This document shows, piece by piece, positions 8,647 to 16,150 of a stretch of 64,000 nt of DNA. Both the position numbers and the translations under genes were made by a program. Each line of letters begins with the position of its first letter. Position 1 is the first letter of the stretch. The stretch lies in the IMG/VR virus record IMGVR_UViG_3300045988_121102; one strand, written 5' to 3'. The notes beneath the pieces were generated by a model. The model did no database searches, had not been told where the DNA came from, and saw nothing but the letters and a program-made list of their open reading frames with translations. The stretch is from a virus.

Positions 8647-9910
8647 CCCCTTCTTTCAATTTTTCTGCGATCGCTTGGATAACAGAAACGGTCACACCAT
8701 TTCCAGCCTGCTTATAAAGCTGACTATCAGAATTCACAAATTGTGCTTTTTCGAAATAATCATCCGTCCATCCTTGAAGTCTAAAGCATTCTTTTGGCGT
8801 CAATTTTCGAAGGGCAATATAGCATTGGTATTTCTCATACCATACTGCATAAACTGTCAATTCTTCGGATATTTTGATGAAAATTCCATCAGAATCTTTC
8901 TCTATCGGATTTCCAATGCCAATTCCTACACCATGCCGATCCTGAGCTGTTAAAGTAAACATTGGTTCTCCATTCTCTTTGAACCGACGTCCATTTTGAC
9001 GTTTTTCTGCTCGATCTGGTGTTAATACTGGAATCGCAATTCCACTGTCTTGCCCAGCATGATTCGCCATTCCTTTGTAATATCTTGCTTTCAAGCACCG
9101 GGCAATATCAGTCATTTGAGAGCCTTGGTAGCACAAATCTATGAAACACGGTAAAGCAACGTGATGTCCACGACCGCCTCCTTGCCCTGTATCAAGTGTC
9201 TCTGTGATTCCATCAAATGAAAATACTTGTGTATTTCTTCTGTATCCATCTTTATGACCGATTATTGAAATGCGATTTTCTCCACCTGCTCCTTCGATAG
9301 GAAATACTTCTGCGCTACTTCTTCCTCTAAGATGTCCGATAATGAAACATCTTTCCCGGTTCTGTGGCACTCCGAAATCTTTGGAGTTAAGCACCTGCCA
9401 TTCAACATCATACCCCCCCTCATCCATTTCAATGAGCAGTCTGGCGAAATCCCATCCACCATTAACACTAAGCAGATTTTTAACGTTTTCAATGAAAAGG
9501 TAAGTGGGTTTATTTTCTTCTTCGAGCTGTCTGATAAGGTACATAACTCTGAAAAACAGGCTTGAACGGTTTCCTCGAAATCCGAGTTGTTTTCCTGCAA
9601 CTGATATGTCATTACATGGGAATCCGAAGCACCAGCAATCTGCTTTTGGAATGTCTCCGGCATACACGCTGCGAATGTCATTTGCATACCATTCTCCATT
9701 TCGATACTCCTCTTTAAGAATCTCTTTTTGCCGTTTATTTAATGGAAGAGTGCTTAAATATTTTCTCTGTTCTTCTGTCAATAAATGCATAGAAGTGTAA
9801 CTAGCTGTAGCAAATTTATCAAATTCGCAAAATCCGACGCATTTATGACCGGCTAACTCCATCCCTCTTCGGAATCCTCCAATACCGGCAAAAAAGTCTA
9901 AAAAATCCAT
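8579..9910 (-). CDS. DNA (cytosine-5) methyltransferase
   Basis: Motif I FFAGIGGF, motif IV GFPCNDIS (N where Q is usual), motif VI ENVKNL, motif VIII QNRER, then TPKECFRLQGW and motif X GNGVTV. Confidence 0.85.
   Translation of the reverse strand: MDFLDFFAGIGGFRRGMELAGHKCVGFCEFDKFATASYTSMHLLTEEQRKYLSTLPLNKRQKEILKEEYRNGEWYANDIRSVYAGDIPKADCWCFGFPCNDISVAGKQLGFRGNRSSLFFRVMYLIRQLEEENKPTYLFIENVKNLLSVNGGWDFARLLIEMDEGGYDVEWQVLNSKDFGVPQNRERCFIIGHLRGRSSAEVFPIEGAGGENRISIIGHKDGYRRNTQVFSFDGITETLDTGQGGGRGHHVALPCFIDLCYQGSQMTDIARCLKARYYKGMANHAGQDSGIAIPVLTPDRAEKRQNGRRFKENGEPMFTLTAQDRHGVGIGIGNPIEKDSDGIFIKISEELTVYAVWYEKYQCYIALRKLTPKECFRLQGWTDDYFEKAQFVNSDSQLYKQAGNGVTVSVIQAIAEKLKEGDGKVDKQREIQRTDHKHFFTPI
9262..9699 (-). 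CDS. nested alternative-frame ORF inside the C5-MTase gene (145 aa)
   Basis: ATG at 9697-9699 lies 7 nt after AAAGAGGAG. The C-terminal SLSDILEEEVAQKYFLSKEQVEKI looks like real protein. Confidence 0.35.
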   Translation of the reverse strand: MENGMQMTFAACMPETFQKQIAGASDSHVMTYQLQENNSDFEETVQACFSELCTLSDSSKKKINPLTFSLKTLKICLVLMVDGISPDCSLKWMRGGMMLNGRCLTPKISECHRTGKDVSLSDILEEEVAQKYFLSKEQVEKIAFQ

Positions 9911-9966
9911 ATATTCCTCTTTCTTCCAGACCCACAGAAATGCGTCTGGAAAACTTGCTGATCGAT

Positions 9967-10404
9967 TTAGTTGAACGGCAATCCTGCATCTTCCACGTTA
10001 TCTGGAATGTTCATGAACCCATCATTTGGCGTTGCCGTAGGTGCACTCTGCTCGTTCTGAACGTTGTTCTCTGACAACAATTTGCTTTCTGCAAACTCTA
10101 TACGCTCAATATAGACCTCTGTGGTATAAACTTTCTTTCCATCACGATTGGTATAGCTACCAGTCTGAATATGTCCTTCGACAATAACTTTGGTTCCTTT
10201 ATGGAGATACTTTTCTGCGAATTCTCCGTTTTTTTCAAAAGCAACGCAGTTGATAAAATCAGCCTTCTGTTCATTGCCATCTTTATTCTTGTTGGCACGA
10301 TCTATCGCCAATGAAAAACTGGCAATTGCCATTGGCTTTTCTCCCTGGGTGTATCTGACTTCCGGATCTCTTGTTAATCTTCCCATCAGTATTACTTTGT
10401 TCAA
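9967..10404 (-). CDS. ssb: single-stranded DNA-binding protein
   Basis: (M)NKVILMGRLTRDPEVRY..., an OB-fold pattern and an acidic tail ending DAGLPF. TTG start at 10402-10404 follows AGAAAGAGAGG. Confidence 0.85.
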   Translation of the reverse strand: MNKVILMGRLTRDPEVRYTQGEKPMAIASFSLAIDRANKNKDGNEQKADFINCVAFEKNGEFAEKYLHKGTKVIVEGHIQTGSYTNRDGKKVYTTEVYIERIEFAESKLLSENNVQNEQSAPTATPNDGFMNIPDNVEDAGLPFN

Positions 10405-10430
10405 TGTTCTGTTACCTCTCTTTCTTAAAT

Positions 10431-10467
10431 GTATCTTATCCTCATGTGTTAATTTGTGGTTGTCAAG
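10431..10467 (-). promoter_or_regulatory. promoter-like conserved element, copy 2
   Basis: CTTGACAACCACAAATTAACACATGAGGATAAGATAC, located about 30 nt upstream of the ssb start. Confidence 0.5.
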
Positions 10468-10478
10468 ATGTTTCTGCC

Positions 10479-11204
10479 TTAAAACGGAATTTCTGACAAT
10501 TCGCAAATCAAACCAGAATGCGCAATTTTCACAGACACTTCATCTCCAACAACAGTTTCAATCTCATGTTGCATTATTTCTGGATTTCCCCAGCTTTCTG
10601 ATAAGTGACATAAAATCGCATTTGACAGATTAGGTGATTTGTTAATCTGCATGATCTTCTTTACTGTTGATAACGAAGAATGCCCTTTAATACTATGCTT
10701 ATACTTGCCAGATGTTTTATCTGGTGCCATATCCAGATGATTACACTCAATTAAAAAATGATTGATTTTGGTTTTTTTGAACGTATATGGCAAATACCCA
10801 AAGTCTGTTGCATATAGCAGTTTTTCTCCATTTGGAAGTGTTATCATGTAAGCATAATTGGGTGTATTATCATGTGGAACATAAAACGGAATCACTGAAA
10901 ACTTACCAAGCGATAACTTCTCTTTTTCAAGCGCAATCCTTGTATTCCCCAGCTGTTCGGCCGTCTCCTTGTTGCTGTATATCGGAATACCGGAACGATT
11001 AATTTCCTTATAGGATTTGGCATGATCTCCGTGAATGTGAGTCAATAAGCCACCCACTACATCAGAAATACGAAAATCAATACTTTCCAAAATTTTCTGG
11101 TAACGACATCCAAAATCCAATAAAAGAATCTCGTTCTCTGAAAATACTGCATAGCAATTTCCGTTTTGGCTACCGGTGCTGATTACTTTTAGATATGTTT
11201 TCAT
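10479..11204 (-). CDS. metallo-beta-lactamase-fold hydrolase
   Basis: HxHxDH motif (THIHGDHA). Confidence 0.7.
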   Translation of the reverse strand: MKTYLKVISTGSQNGNCYAVFSENEILLLDFGCRYQKILESIDFRISDVVGGLLTHIHGDHAKSYKEINRSGIPIYSNKETAEQLGNTRIALEKEKLSLGKFSVIPFYVPHDNTPNYAYMITLPNGEKLLYATDFGYLPYTFKKTKINHFLIECNHLDMAPDKTSGKYKHSIKGHSSLSTVKKIMQINKSPNLSNAILCHLSESWGNPEIMQHEIETVVGDEVSVKIAHSGLICELSEIPF

Positions 11205-11608
11205 CCGCCATCTCCTCTTTCAAGTATGTTCGACAGATACGCTTTACATTTTTTATACACTTCTGGATCAAACGGTTTCCGCTCATGCTCGTATGCGCTG
11301 TATTGTGCTGGACTACATCTAGCAATCTGCGACATTTTCATCATTGTAATTTTTGAATTTCTCCGCAATGCTGCTATTTTCTCTGCATACATTCCATGCT
11401 TACCATTGATTTCCTGTATCTTCATACTTTTCTGGATATTCTCAGATTCTGCTAAGCGGAAAATCTGATTGAGCGAACAGCTCGAGTTTTTACAATCAAA
11501 CAGACAACCATGATTCCATTTCGGACCATCATAGAACCCCACCACAAATTTAGTTGGTTCTTCACAGTCGATGCATTCTCGGTTTATTAGCATTTTTAGT
11601 CTTGTCAC
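11201..11608 (-). CDS. Cys-rich N-terminal domain + XRE-type HTH protein
   Basis: C-terminal ITMMKMSQIARCSPAQYSAYEHER resembles an HTH. The start may instead be the internal ATG. Confidence 0.45.
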   Translation of the reverse strand: MTRLKMLINRECIDCEEPTKFVVGFYDGPKWNHGCLFDCKNSSCSLNQIFRLAESENIQKSMKIQEINGKHGMYAEKIAALRRNSKITMMKMSQIARCSPAQYSAYEHERKPFDPEVYKKCKAYLSNILERGDGG

Positions 11609-11916
11609 CTCCCTCTATTTTCCTACGCGAACCTTAACTGCCCGCCCGCATCCTCGCCCAGACGATCCGCGCGGCAGTTTGGCAGCCGCTTCGCAACGCA
11701 TAATTCTTTCAGATTTGCTTTTACCAGTGCCGTCGGTATCGGTTGTCTACAATCAGCTCTCCGTTAATCATCGACCTCATTCTCCTCTGGTATTCTCTTT
11801 TCTAACGCCTCTTTTAAAGCTGCAATAATCGTATAGTCAGAAAGTTGGTTGTTTTATTGTTTTCAGAATTCTTCACTCTTCTTCCTCCTGTATAAATTCA
11901 TCACTGGCTTCCTTTC

Positions 11917-12198
11917 TCAAAACGAATATTTAACGTACATATACATATTGCTTCCCTCAATAGGATAATAATATGTGCCGTCTCCAGAATCCTCCCATAT
12001 CATGATTTGATCACACCATTCACCATCCGATTGTTCTTCCCCATGCACTTCCTTCGAAACTCCAAACGAATGTGCGTAAATGCCATCAAAGCCGTTTTCG
12101 TTGACCCATTCGTCAAGTTCCTTGAAAAGTTTATTTGCCTCATTCACTAATTTTTCATAACGAGCTGCTTTCTCAGCTATTTCCTTCGATACAGTCAT
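11917..12198 (-). CDS. hypothetical protein
   Basis: 93-aa ORF. Confidence 0.45.
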   Translation of the reverse strand: MTVSKEIAEKAARYEKLVNEANKLFKELDEWVNENGFDGIYAHSFGVSKEVHGEEQSDGEWCDQIMIWEDSGDGTYYYPIEGSNMYMYVKYSF

Positions 12199-12313
12199 TT
12201 TCTATTGCCCTCCTCCGGTACAAATTCTTCGCACGCATCCTCATCGCCCGCCGGATGCCAGTCACAAAACTCGTCATACCAGCAGTTCCAGCACGCTCTA
12301 TTGCATTTTTCGC

Positions 12314-12664
12314 TCATACTTCCCCCTTGCTTATTAACTCATTGATTTCATGCCCCTTCGGCTTCCAAAGATGCAGGCAGTTCTCCACAGCATTGACATA
12401 TTCACTCTTTTTCGGATGGATCTGATAGGCTTCTTCCTCATCTTCGAAAAAGACGTCTTTCAGCACGCACATATCGTCCCGAGTGGGAACTCTGAACTTT
12501 TTCTTCGGAGACACGGATACATGCTCCATTCCGTCCTCGTTTTCACTCCATATCACACTGCACGTCCCACAATCAGGAAGTTTGATCCATGCGCTATGAA
12601 CCGGAAATACGATGGTGTGCCCCCAAATCCGCTCGCTGTTTAATATTTCTTCGATTTTTTTCAT
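12314..12664 (-). CDS. hypothetical protein
   Basis: 116-aa ORF. Confidence 0.45.
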   Translation of the reverse strand: MKKIEEILNSERIWGHTIVFPVHSAWIKLPDCGTCSVIWSENEDGMEHVSVSPKKKFRVPTRDDMCVLKDVFFEDEEEAYQIHPKKSEYVNAVENCLHLWKPKGHEINELISKGEV

Positions 12665-12672
12665 TCTATGAC

Positions 12673-13077
12673 CTACCTTCCTGCAACTTTTTCCGCGATC
12701 ACATCACACGCAGCATCAAAGCCTTTCGAGAACTCATCCGATGCATCGCAACCGCCCATCTCTTTCACTTCCTCGAGGATTTCATCACGAATCCGGGCTC
12801 TCTCCTTATTCAGCACTATCTCATCCATGCGCTGTTTAAAACGTCGGTTTTTCGCGTCAATCTGCCGCCAGTCAGTTTCCAGTTTTAATTCTCCGGCGCA
12901 GTGCTGCACATCTGTAAATTCCTCCGTCAGATTCATTTTTGCCTCTTCTAGTGTCACAGGCGTCGGATTTTCCGCTCTTAACACCCGCGCCAGCTTAAGC
13001 GCCGCCTGTGCCAGCTCCGCTGCTTCTTCTGCCATCTGCTCCAGCATGGCAGGCGTACCGATTTTCTCAATCATCAT
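12673..13077 (-). CDS. MazG-like NTP pyrophosphohydrolase (putative)
   Basis: EEAAELAQAALK ... LTEEFTDV, an all-alpha EExxE-type pattern. Confidence 0.45.
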   Translation of the reverse strand: MMIEKIGTPAMLEQMAEEAAELAQAALKLARVLRAENPTPVTLEEAKMNLTEEFTDVQHCAGELKLETDWRQIDAKNRRFKQRMDEIVLNKERARIRDEILEEVKEMGGCDASDEFSKGFDAACDVIAEKVAGR

Positions 13078-13089
13078 CGTTCTGACCTC

Positions 13090-13389
13090 CTAAATGTTTT
13101 TCAGACGAATTTTAATTTCTTTCGAAACTGAATCGTCCAACCCGCATGAAACAGACAACGCATCCGCACTGATGATTAAATCTGCTAACAACCCAACAAA
13201 ATTTTCTCTGTCAGCACTTTCTAAAATTTTACCTGATTTCTTTTCCTCTTTTGTTTTGCTCAATAGATGCACCAAATCTGATGCGCTACTTTTCACATAA
13301 CGCCTCCAGTATGTTTCATCTCCATATTCTGACAGTTTGTCAATTGCATCTCCTAACATATTTAGCCTCCTCTTTCTTAATCCAACCAA
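13090..13389 (-). CDS. hypothetical helical protein
   Basis: 99-aa ORF. Confidence 0.4.
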   Translation of the reverse strand: MVGLRKRRLNMLGDAIDKLSEYGDETYWRRYVKSSASDLVHLLSKTKEEKKSGKILESADRENFVGLLADLIISADALSVSCGLDDSVSKEIKIRLKNI

Positions 13390-13862
13390 TTATTCTGTAG
13401 GTAACAGAATCCATAAATTGCAAAGCCTGTAAGTATTATCCAGAAAATCCAAAACATTACTATCCACCAAAATCCGCCATATTCTATAGATTTAACCACT
13501 TCTTTCGGACTTTCGTTTTTATAGAAAATCGAATGTTCCGATATTGTACCGTCTGACATATTGGTAAAAATCGTACCCGTATGGACTGAATCCACTCCAA
13601 AGAATTCTTCCCTTAAATGGTAGCCTGTGTCTACTGTGTCAATGTAATGGCTTTCTGGTGTATCTATTTTTGAACGCTGAAATTCTGAGCCGCAGAAGCT
13701 GATCGTTTCACAGTGTTTGGACTCTGAGTCGATTGTGTCCCAAGTCCAATATGTTTCTGTATGGGAAGATTTACCGTTTGAAACCGTCCTAGTATGCATC
13801 GTATATTTCTGGGTTTCGATATACAAGTCCATCCATTCTCCATCGATGTTTGGATCGCTCAC
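13377..13862 (-). CDS. membrane-anchored hypothetical protein
   Basis: C-terminal transmembrane segment WWIVMFWIFWIILTGFAIYGF. Confidence 0.45.
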   Translation of the reverse strand: MSDPNIDGEWMDLYIETQKYTMHTRTVSNGKSSHTETYWTWDTIDSESKHCETISFCGSEFQRSKIDTPESHYIDTVDTGYHLREEFFGVDSVHTGTIFTNMSDGTISEHSIFYKNESPKEVVKSIEYGGFWWIVMFWIFWIILTGFAIYGFCYLQNNWLD

Positions 13863-13876
13863 GGTATCAATTGCTT

Positions 13877-14782
13877 TTAGTCCTCCATAAACTCCGGAAC
13901 TTCTTTTGGAATGCTTTCCGCGTTTACAACTTCCGGTTCAATTGTTTCAGCTTCTACCGTATCTGGCACATCTTCCATGAACTCCTCTTTGTTGGCTTTC
14001 GTTTCGATATCGTATGCCATATCCTTTGCTGTCATATCATCGGATGATACAGTTTCGCTTCTGTCGCTTGCCTCCTGCATGTACCCATCTCCATACGTAT
14101 TCATGAACATTTTCAATGCACGATTAATAACCGTTTTCTTTACCATCTGATCGGTAAATTTGGCATGCGTGCCGTTTCCGCCCTCTTTGTATCCGAACCC
14201 CTGTGCCCAGGCTTTCTTAATCTGGTTCATGTTCATTACTTCCAAATAATGCTCTCCAGACTTAGTGATGGAAATCGCATATGCACCTTTAATTTTGTCT
14301 GTATCAATGTTCATAAAATCCTGCTTATGAGAATCGAAAACCTTTTTTCCGTCTTCGATATGATAAGAAAACTCATCTCCCTCGTAGATAACTTCTGCAC
14401 GAATTTCTTTCAATCCGTAGCGTCTGGCAATGGTAATATTTCCGAAGTATGAACGCTGGAACTGACACTGACCTCCGTAAGCAATGAAATACCCCTGCTT
14501 TTTCTGGACAGAAAGCCCTAATGTTGCCATATCCATTAAGCTGTTGGCGATACTTGCCTGTGAACAACTTTCAAGGATTGGCTTATTGTTTCTATCCTTG
14601 GTTTCTTTTAACACCAGATATGCGCCTGTCAATGCATTGGCTAGATTGTAATCTGCCGGAAATGACATTCCGTATTTACACTTTTCTTCCAGCTGATGAG
14701 TTAAACCGTTAATAAATGAATTGTTTACCACCAAATCAGTTGCTGTCTGCTGTTTCTGAATTTCCTGCTTTACTGCTGCCAT
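13877..14782 (-). CDS. recT: RecT-family single-strand annealing protein
   Basis: The size, the N-terminal pattern (..CSQASIANSLMDMATLGLS..) and the context with ssb and nuclease-fold genes fit RecT. Confidence 0.6.
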   Translation of the reverse strand: MAAVKQEIQKQQTATDLVVNNSFINGLTHQLEEKCKYGMSFPADYNLANALTGAYLVLKETKDRNNKPILESCSQASIANSLMDMATLGLSVQKKQGYFIAYGGQCQFQRSYFGNITIARRYGLKEIRAEVIYEGDEFSYHIEDGKKVFDSHKQDFMNIDTDKIKGAYAISITKSGEHYLEVMNMNQIKKAWAQGFGYKEGGNGTHAKFTDQMVKKTVINRALKMFMNTYGDGYMQEASDRSETVSSDDMTAKDMAYDIETKANKEEFMEDVPDTVEAETIEPEVVNAESIPKEVPEFMED

Positions 14783-14783
14783 C

Positions 14784-15059
14784 TTATTTTTCCTCCATTT
14801 TTCTTAATTCTTCCGCAAGTGCGCGGAGCGCTTTTTCCATGTTGCGCGAATCTGAAGACATATGCTTTTCAACTTTGCTTTTATCAGCCATACTCTCTCC
14901 CAAAAGCATTGCGTGTTTAACTATTATTTCTGGAAATGTTTCAAACATACTTCTAGCAATGCTAGAAAACTCTGTAAGAATATCTCCCCCTTTACCAGAG
15001 ATTTCAACTCCACAACTATCCTCATTTACCGTTGCCTTAATCATTTTTATCCTCCTCAT
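14784..15059 (-). CDS. hypothetical protein
   Basis: 91-aa ORF. Confidence 0.4.
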   Translation of the reverse strand: MRRIKMIKATVNEDSCGVEISGKGGDILTEFSSIARSMFETFPEIIVKHAMLLGESMADKSKVEKHMSSDSRNMEKALRALAEELRKMEEK

Positions 15060-15158
15060 ATAATGTTTTTAGTTGACTGAACCGATCATCTCCTAACAAA
15101 ACAGTTCCTTTTCATTTCGAATCGGTACTCTTCCGTTACATCGCTTTACTTCTCTACT

Positions 15159-15761
15159 CTATTCCGTTGCAGAAATATCAGTCCAAGTAAATCTTCCTTT
15201 CCCGGAATTATGCCACTGACCTATTCCATTCAGCTGCCCGTAATCCAGCCATTCAATGACATTTTTCATAAGCGAATCCACCATAACCATAATGGTAAAT
15301 TCCACTTGCGTACCTGCCGGAACAGTTTCACTGTTTGCTAATGAAATCCGTTCTCCCTGTGCTGTCTGTGCTCTAAGTGGGCGCTGGCAATCTCCAATTT
15401 CTTCTCCATCAGGAATAATAAATGGGATGCGTCTCTCCCGGATAAACACCAGATTATCAATTTTTGTTTTGTATGCAGGTAATTTACTGCTGCCACCAAC
15501 ATAGCCAAATGCTTTTGCCGCATTTTTGAAGAATCCCTTAATCTGATAATCGAACAGAAATGGATGCCCGTTTTCATCCTTTGGGAATACGGTCTTTCCT
15601 TTTGCAATCGCCTCATCTACACCAATCGCTGCAATTTCCTCCTCTCTGGACAGTGCGTCCGGCGCTTTAGAAGCAATGAACTCTGCATGAATCTCCTTAT
15701 CATTGCTTGCTGTTCCTAACACTTCCTCTGTGAATGTTAATCTAACTTTCATTTCTTTCAT
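15159..15761 (-). CDS. hypothetical protein with glycine-rich C-terminal loop
   Basis: 200-aa ORF ending ..GIGQWHNSGKGRFTW. Confidence 0.45.
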   Translation of the reverse strand: MKEMKVRLTFTEEVLGTASNDKEIHAEFIASKAPDALSREEEIAAIGVDEAIAKGKTVFPKDENGHPFLFDYQIKGFFKNAAKAFGYVGGSSKLPAYKTKIDNLVFIRERRIPFIIPDGEEIGDCQRPLRAQTAQGERISLANSETVPAGTQVEFTIMVMVDSLMKNVIEWLDYGQLNGIGQWHNSGKGRFTWTDISATE

Positions 15762-16150
15762 TTTTCTGATTTCCTTTCAATTTTTATTTTTTAGCAAAAC
15801 ACTACTTCTCTACGCGATTCCTTTTCAATACATCGTCAAGCTTTTCCATTTCACTACGAATCTAGGCGATACTATTCCTCTGCATTACTCGTCAAAACTT
15901 CTCTTTTTCTTAACGGTTCAAATCCACACCACACTATTCCTCCACAGATCCAAACTTTACTGTTCCTTTTCTAATCATCACTTCGCCAATCCATCCATAC
16001 AATTCCGATGCAAAACTAAACGAGACTCATCCCTGCTTCACCGTTCTTTTCCACAACTATTCTGTTCAAAACGCAGCTTCTCCCTTGCTTCGCAGAACCG
16101 GACTTTTCTATACCTCTCCACTACCTAACAGAGCAAAGTAAATGTGCCTT
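15762..16150. other. 389-nt non-coding, strand-asymmetric region with degenerate ACTAY iterons
   Basis: No ORF longer than 15 codons in the gene direction. The plus strand is pyrimidine-rich and carries about six ACTA(C/T)+pyrimidine repeats, including two copies of ACTATTCCTC. Confidence 0.5.
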
